NCBI GenBank assembly: GCA_965228735.1
Contig: OZ245838.1
Span: forward strand, 4,992,001 to 5,056,000
Source: Planctomycetota bacterium
Lineage (GTDB): Bacteria > Planctomycetota > UBA1135 > UBA2386
Length of the DNA: 64,000 bases
Reading direction: 5' to 3'
Both the position numbers and the translations under genes were made by a program. Of the stretch, positions 58,852 to 64,000 are shown piece by piece (within the stretch, counting starts at the first letter, position 1; the number at the start of each line of letters is the position of its first letter). The notes under the pieces were generated by a model. That model saw nothing but the letters and a program-made list of their open reading frames with translations, did no database searches and was not told the origin of the DNA.

Positions 58852-60435
58852 ATGCCGAGGGGGTTGCTCGTGACCGGCCACGATACAGCGGCCGTTCTGG
58901 CCGGCCAAGTGTCCGGGCAGCTTCGCGGCGAAGCGCACCTGTGGTTGCCGCGGGGCGTTGGGAATCCCGGCCTGCTCCTGGCACTCGCGCTCGATCGGGA
59001 CGCCGGCTGCCCCGACAACTGCACGGCGATCGGTCGGATGTTCGGAGTCGACCGCGGCACGGTCCGCGAGTGGAGACGGAAGCTCGAGGCCGACGGTCTT
59101 GTCGTGCCGTGCAACGGCTTCATCGTGGCGACGGACCTGGGTCGGGAGCGGCTCAAGGCGGGCTGCGACCCATTGCCGCGTCCAGTTCTTCGCGCACGGC
59201 GCAAGCCGTCGCCGGCCGTTCTCCGTGCATGCAGCGTCGTCTACACGGACGCTGTCGGGTGGCAGTCCGGACGCCGCGGATGTCGTAGCGACGCGGAGCG
59301 TGCGGCGCTGGCCGGGGTCGACCGGAAGACGGTCATCGCGGCCCGGCGCGTCTTGGTCGCCGGTGGTCTGGTGCAGATCGAGGAACTCCGGCGAGGACGG
59401 GCCGACCTACGGCGGGCTCGTTTGACCCAGGACCGCCGGGCGACTCACGGCCGGCCGATGTCCGAGACCCGTGCGAAGCAACTCGCAACCCGTGCTGCGC
59501 GTGGTCGTTCGCGTGTTCGCGAAGGTGGGGGATTCACGGACAGCGAAGGTGCGGCACTCTCGGACCCACCCATGCAGTCCCCGAAGGGGACGTTACCCAT
59601 GCAGGCGCCGCCGGCGGCGCAGGATGGTGCCGCTGCGCAGCTTCGACCGGATGGTTGTGCCACCCAGCAGAGACCTGAGCGCCGAACTCCCGCCACCGCC
59701 ACGTCGGCTGTGACTCTCGGGACGGCGTCCGCGGCCGAGGTTCTTCGGCAGGTGCTGCCGGACTTGCCGGCCGCGATCCGAGACCGAGCGTCCGAGCAGC
59801 AGCCGCACCGCGATCGGGTGCGCGAGGGCCTGGCACGCGCCGACCTCGCCCGCCTGCGTCGCGTGCCGGTCGTCGCAGCGATCGACGCCGTGCTGGGGCT
59901 CGCCGACGTCGACCGAGTGCCGAACGCTGGGCCGCGCTTGGCCGGGCAGTTGGTGGTCCGCCGCCGCCGCCGCGCGGTCGCGCTCGCCGCGGCCGGTCTC
60001 GACGTCGACGACGTGCTTCAGGTCGCCGTAGACGCCGCGACGGACCCGGTCCGCTCGGTCGGCGCAGTCGTCGCGCAGCGGTGCGCCCGGCTAGCCAGCG
60101 GCGCAGTCGGGGTTTGCGATGTCGTCCGTCGATCGCGCCGCGACCTGGACCTCGATCAGCGGCTCGCGGTGCTGCGCGGTGACGCGCCCGAACGGCGGCA
60201 CGACCCCGAACCTCGTGACCACGCCCCCCACCAGCGACTTGCGATGCTGGCCGCGGCCGAGGCTGCGCGGACCGACGACTGGCGCCGGGTCGACGCGCTC
60301 GTGCGCCGGCACGACTTGTCTCTCGACGAGGTCGCCGACGCGGCCGGCGTCTTCGAACGCGAAGTGCAGGAGCACCTCGACGACCTCACTTCCGGGCAGC
60401 TTCAGCGGTTCAACGCCGGGAGGGCGACCGCGTGA
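58852..60435 (+). CDS. Multi-HTH replication-initiator-like protein
   Basis: Two similar wHTHs (GVDRGTV..LEADGLV; GVDRKTV..LVAGGLV), low-complexity linker, C-terminal HTH LSLDEVADAAGV; start uncertain. Confidence 0.6.
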   Translation: MPRGLLVTGHDTAAVLAGQVSGQLRGEAHLWLPRGVGNPGLLLALALDRDAGCPDNCTAIGRMFGVDRGTVREWRRKLEADGLVVPCNGFIVATDLGRERLKAGCDPLPRPVLRARRKPSPAVLRACSVVYTDAVGWQSGRRGCRSDAERAALAGVDRKTVIAARRVLVAGGLVQIEELRRGRADLRRARLTQDRRATHGRPMSETRAKQLATRAARGRSRVREGGGFTDSEGAALSDPPMQSPKGTLPMQAPPAAQDGAAAQLRPDGCATQQRPERRTPATATSAVTLGTASAAEVLRQVLPDLPAAIRDRASEQQPHRDRVREGLARADLARLRRVPVVAAIDAVLGLADVDRVPNAGPRLAGQLVVRRRRRAVALAAAGLDVDDVLQVAVDAATDPVRSVGAVVAQRCARLASGAVGVCDVVRRSRRDLDLDQRLAVLRGDAPERRHDPEPRDHAPHQRLAMLAAAEAARTDDWRRVDALVRRHDLSLDEVADAAGVFEREVQEHLDDLTSGQLQRFNAGRATA

Positions 60436-60701
60436 AGTCCGCGACCTACATCGGCATGCAGAGGCACCGCCGCATCGATGGCGGCGAGCACCTCCGCGGC
60501 CAGTTCGACCGCGACATCGCGATTGCGGCTGGCACGGAAGTCCTGCTGCGGCGTGATGGCTACGACTACGTGCTGCAACTCGTGGCGCCGGGGAAGCCCT
60601 GGGACCCGACCAAGCGCGAGCGCGCGGCGGTCGAACTCGCCAACGCACCGCGTGGCGCGCTTCGACGTGACCCGCGGCATGAACCCGAGGACATGCCATG
60701 A
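60432..60701 (+). CDS. Small hypothetical protein
   Basis: GTGA overlap with the upstream gene; GGGAGGG RBS. Confidence 0.55.
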   Translation: MKSATYIGMQRHRRIDGGEHLRGQFDRDIAIAAGTEVLLRRDGYDYVLQLVAPGKPWDPTKRERAAVELANAPRGALRRDPRHEPEDMP

Positions 60702-60846
60702 CACGCGCGCTTGTCTGCCAAGTCGCACGTCCTGCGGATTTCGCCCGGCAAGTCGGGCACCGGCCGCCGCGCGCGTGCGGCCAGTCTCTCCTTCCGCCGC
60801 ACAGCGCCACGTTGGCGGAACGCGGCAACCTCTGTGATCCGAAACC

Positions 60847-61674
60847 ATGACTACGAACGACACCAGCGACGGCGGCCAGACCGCCGACATTCTTGCGGCG
60901 CTGCAGCAGCGTCGCGTCGATGAAACGACCGCCGCTGCCCAGCAGCACGCGGCCGATACCAGCGTCTACTGGGGGGCCGTCCGGCACTTGGCCGGCGACG
61001 GCACCGAGGCCCCGCCCGTGGACGCTCTCGACGCCGCCCTGCGTCGACTCGGCACCGTTCCGGGCGCCCTCCGCGCCGACGCCGACGCTCTCGCCCGACT
61101 GCTCCGCCTGCGCAACGCGGGCGACATCTCCGAGGCGCGCGAGGGCGTCGATGCAGCCCGCGTTGCCCTCGATGCCGACCTGCAACAAGCAAGCGACCTG
61201 CGCGCTCAGGCCGACCGGGTCGAGCGGGAGGCGCACGCCAAGCTGGGCGCCGCCGAGAGAGCACTGGCCCGCACCGAGAAGGCCGCCGCGGACGCCACGC
61301 GGCTCACCGAGGCGCTTCGCGCGCGCGGCTGCCCGCTCAACCCGACCGATGAGCCGGCGCCGGCGCCGAAACGCCGCGACCTCCATCGGGCACGGACCCT
61401 GATCGACTGCTTCGTTGACGGGCGCGCTCGTCGGGCGGGCGAGGAGTTCGTGACGCATGTGTCGCCCCGCGATGGCGTTCTCGAACTCGTTGGCGCACAA
61501 GGCGAGCCCGCGGCCCCGCGCTGGAACGGGGGCGACCCCGTGCCCCTGAAGCGCGGCGACGACAGTGGCATTGACAGCCGCGATTGGGGCGGCGTTCTCG
61601 GCGTCGATGGATTCCGGGCGCGCCAGGAGGCTTTGGCCGCGCAGGCGGCGACCGCTGAGGGGGCTCCGAAGTGA
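60847..61674 (+). CDS. Hypothetical coiled-coil protein
   Basis: Ala/Arg/Glu helical core; small C-terminal beta domain (RARTLIDCFVDGRARRAGEEF). Confidence 0.65.
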   Translation: MTTNDTSDGGQTADILAALQQRRVDETTAAAQQHAADTSVYWGAVRHLAGDGTEAPPVDALDAALRRLGTVPGALRADADALARLLRLRNAGDISEAREGVDAARVALDADLQQASDLRAQADRVEREAHAKLGAAERALARTEKAAADATRLTEALRARGCPLNPTDEPAPAPKRRDLHRARTLIDCFVDGRARRAGEEFVTHVSPRDGVLELVGAQGEPAAPRWNGGDPVPLKRGDDSGIDSRDWGGVLGVDGFRARQEALAAQAATAEGAPK

Positions 61675-62078
61675 CCACGAACATCGACCTGGCCGCGGCA
61701 GCGCGCACTCTCTACGGCAGCGGCACGACTCCACCCCCGGCGCCTGTCGGTCCGCCTTCACCGTCGAAGAACCTAGGCTTCGATGAGGCAGCAAAGTTGG
61801 TCTACGCCGACCAGCCGGCGCCGGCCCAGGAACTGCCGACCTCCCGCGACTTGAACGGCATCAGCGTCTTCGGCAGTCGCGATGATTGGCGCGAGGAGAT
61901 CCTGGGCCGATACGGTGCGGATCTCGACATCGCCACGCGGCTCGCGGCCCGAGGGCTGCTCGCCGATTCGGCTGATCCAGCTGCTGCGCGCCGCGCGATT
62001 GGGGAGCACGGCATCACGCCACGAGAGTTCCGCCGACTGGTGGAGATCGGAGCCGCACTGCGGACGGGGTCACGATGA
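61671..62078 (+). CDS. Hypothetical protein, capsid-scaffold-like features
   Basis: GTGA overlap; AARTLYG / AAKLVY motifs, Pro-rich linker, WREE...IG helical C-terminus. Confidence 0.55.
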   Translation: MTTNIDLAAAARTLYGSGTTPPPAPVGPPSPSKNLGFDEAAKLVYADQPAPAQELPTSRDLNGISVFGSRDDWREEILGRYGADLDIATRLAARGLLADSADPAAARRAIGEHGITPREFRRLVEIGAALRTGSR

Positions 62079-62491
62079 CCGCGTTGCCCCCGGAGAATCT
62101 GGTGAAAACTGGTGCGACTGACCCCGAGCGCGATGATCGCGGTCGTTTCGTCGCAGGCCACGTTGGCCGCGGTGGCAGGCCGAAGGGCTACGACTTCCGC
62201 AAGATCGTTGCCGAGGAGTCCGCCAAGCATGGCGTGCCGGTCGAAGTTGCCGTGTGGGCGATCTACACGGCCCTACTGAAGCGAGCGCGCCGGGGCGACG
62301 TTGCTGCGGCGCGAATCCTCCTCGACCGACTCTGCCCTCGGGACGAGACGATCCACATCACCGACGATCGCCCCCGAATGACCGACCTGGAGCGCGGCGT
62401 CCGAATCGAGCAACTGCTGGCGATCGCCGCGCGACGAAAACGAGAGGCGGAGGAAGGCGACAGTTCCGGTGATGATGACAGCGCCGAATGA
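62075..62491 (+). CDS. Terminase small subunit-like protein (DUF5681-like)
   Basis: ATGA overlap; RDDRGRFVAGHVGRGGRPKG; ARRGDVAAARILLDRL. Confidence 0.65.
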   Translation: MTALPPENLVKTGATDPERDDRGRFVAGHVGRGGRPKGYDFRKIVAEESAKHGVPVEVAVWAIYTALLKRARRGDVAAARILLDRLCPRDETIHITDDRPRMTDLERGVRIEQLLAIAARRKREAEEGDSSGDDDSAE

Positions 62492-63047
62492 CCGCATCGA
62501 ACCAGGTTGGATTCGACGCGCCATGTCCGCGTGGCGCCGGCCCGACCGTCTTCCGAAGATGGACTCGCTCGGCGTCGTCTCGTTCGCAACGCACACGATC
62601 ATCGGGCGCCGACATGATGTTTGGCTCGACGTCGCGCTGGTGCATTCGCACCCTCGCGGCACTGACGCCCCCACGGTCGCCGGCTGGGTTGTCGCCGCGG
62701 TGCGGGACGAGGCCCCGATTCATGTCGTTACCGACGGCGCATGCTGCCCGGTTCTCCACCTCCGCCAACTCGGGGTGCAGATCGAGAATGTCGGCGAGGC
62801 GGACGTCTGGGCGTTGCGTCAGCGCCTTCGGGACGCGCTCGACCCACGCACCATCGACAGCATCGTGCTACCGCCGGATCCGTGCCTGCTCGACGCGCTG
62901 GCGGGCCAGGGGGACGAGGATGGACGGGGCCTGGCGACGATCCTCGCGATGGCCGACACGCCGCGACGATCGGACGTCCTCGACCGTGCGCGGTGTGATG
63001 ACCGACGCGAGTTCAATCCGCTGAGTCCGCGCGCGCTGTGGCGCTGA
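62472..63047 (+). CDS. Stand-alone terminase large subunit C-terminal nuclease-like domain, degenerate
   Basis: WIRRAMSAWRRPDRLPKMDSLGV, TIIGRRH, PTVAGWV, APIHV, LRDALDP..IVLPPDP.LL; GGAGG upstream. Confidence 0.6.
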   Translation: MMTAPNDRIEPGWIRRAMSAWRRPDRLPKMDSLGVVSFATHTIIGRRHDVWLDVALVHSHPRGTDAPTVAGWVVAAVRDEAPIHVVTDGACCPVLHLRQLGVQIENVGEADVWALRQRLRDALDPRTIDSIVLPPDPCLLDALAGQGDEDGRGLATILAMADTPRRSDVLDRARCDDRREFNPLSPRALWR

Positions 63048-63075
63048 CGCCACCGCCGGTATCGTCGCATCCATC

Positions 63076-63363
63076 GTGCGCCTCCTGCTACGACGCGCCC
63101 CGGTTGAGCCGAAGCCGCGCAGACTCGGCGATGAGGTGCGGGTGCCGCAACTTCTCGCGGCGGAACTGCAGGTCATCGCGGCACGCTGCGACGGCGAGCT
63201 ACGCGCGCTGCAAGCCGCCGCCCTGCGCGCGCACAGCGACGTTCGGCGTGAGCTTCGACGCAGGGTCGCCGACGCCGAAGCTGACGTCGCTGCGGCGCGC
63301 AGCGGCGCTCAGGAGGCAAGGCGTTGGGCAGGCGAACTGACCGCGGCCTATTGCCTGGAGTGA
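63076..63363 (+). CDS. Small helical hypothetical protein
   Basis: Co-oriented ORF, Ala/Arg/Glu-rich; start uncertain. Confidence 0.4.
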   Translation: MRLLLRRAPVEPKPRRLGDEVRVPQLLAAELQVIAARCDGELRALQAAALRAHSDVRRELRRRVADAEADVAAARSGAQEARRWAGELTAAYCLE

Positions 63364-63496
63364 CGTGCGACTTGAGGGTTTGTCGCACGCAGCTGAGGCG
63401 GGTCGCGCTACCGCGCCTGCGGAAGTGGGCGATTCCGCAAGCCGCTGGCCAGACTAGCGGCGCGACGCGGAGTTCTGTTCGGGGAGAGTCGTCGCC

Positions 63497-63934
63497 ATGG
63501 TCGCCATGAGAACCGCACTGGTCGTCGCACTCCTGCATGTTGGAGCCCTAGCGCTGGTTGCCTTGCTGCGGAGCACTGCTGACCTGAGCGTTCGCTCCGT
63601 CGCTATTCGTGGCTCGTTCTCGCGGATTGAAGTTCCTGGAGTCGCTGAGCATGCGCCAGACACTTGGCAGGCGTTGCTCGACGCTGCAACGCCATGGCAG
63701 CCTGCGGTGACGAGCACGGCACCGACTTCGAACACGTCGAAGGGCGGGACTGATAGATGCGGCGTCCGATTCGGCGCAAGCGCCCAACGCCCGAACATCG
63801 ACCTTGGCGCTACTCGACTGCGCGTGATTCCACTCGAACTACAGGGAGAACTGCGCGCGGGCGGGCGCAGGGTTCAGGCTCTAGGCGATGGCGTGCAACT
63901 CGTGTCATGGCCGCAGTTCGGCGCCATCCGTTGA
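63497..63934 (+). CDS. Hypothetical protein with an N-terminal TM
   Basis: GGGGAGAG upstream; hydrophobic N-terminus; atypical codon usage. Confidence 0.3.
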   Translation: MVAMRTALVVALLHVGALALVALLRSTADLSVRSVAIRGSFSRIEVPGVAEHAPDTWQALLDAATPWQPAVTSTAPTSNTSKGGTDRCGVRFGASAQRPNIDLGATRLRVIPLELQGELRAGGRRVQALGDGVQLVSWPQFGAIR

Positions 63935-64000
63935 ACCTGGCACCTTGGATGCTCGGCTTGCGGAAACGGGAGGATTCGCAGGCCCGGCACCGCGAGCGGC

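Larger units (their letters stand above)
58613..64000 (+). mobile_element. Putative tRNA-Asp-integrated phage-satellite-like element (right end not in window)
   Basis: Starts at the tRNA 3' end; co-oriented overlapping ORFs of phage character (HTH Rep-like, TerS-like, TerL fragment); no integrase or attR visible here. Confidence 0.6.

Noticed and set aside
62488..63024. Alternative ORF with an ATGA overlap after the TerS-like gene
   Set aside because: Ser/Arg-rich with no motifs; the 62472 frame carries the TerL-like motifs and an RBS

Overview
A GC-rich bacterial chromosome segment. Membrane-anchored ECF sigma fusions and many carboxypeptidase-regulatory-like (Cna-B-like) repeat proteins suggest Planctomycetota; this is inference, not a search result. 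Housekeeping content includes XdhC, a PlsC-like acyltransferase, S9 and M20 peptidases, an HNH nuclease, a sulfotransferase, a Fic protein, a full pst operon (pstS-phoU-pstC-pstA-pstB-pstB) divergent from an OprO/P-type porin, a DinB + HTH-WYL pair, OsmC, a DjlA-like protein, EamA, a SpeY/DHS-like enzyme, part of a sugar ABC transporter, tRNA-Val(TAC) and tRNA-Asp(GTC). Highlights: (1) right of tRNA-Asp, a probable integrated satellite-like element carries a multi-HTH Rep-like gene, a scaffold-like gene, a TerS-like gene and a stand-alone, apparently catalytically degenerate TerL nuclease domain; it probably runs past the window end. (2) The RbsB-type binding protein is circularly permuted. 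(3) A 24-bp palindrome lies exactly 21 nt upstream of both the dinB-WYL operon and a VOC gene 15 kb away, suggesting a WYL regulon. (4) PhoU is fused to an ArsC/LMW-PTP-like domain lacking catalytic residues. (5) 11-bp-period Pho-box-like repeats occur on both strands of the pstS/porin intergenic region. (6) Two paralogous ECF sigma factors are fused through a TM helix to large extracytoplasmic regions and have possible internal starts. All family calls come from motif recognition by eye; no database search was run.
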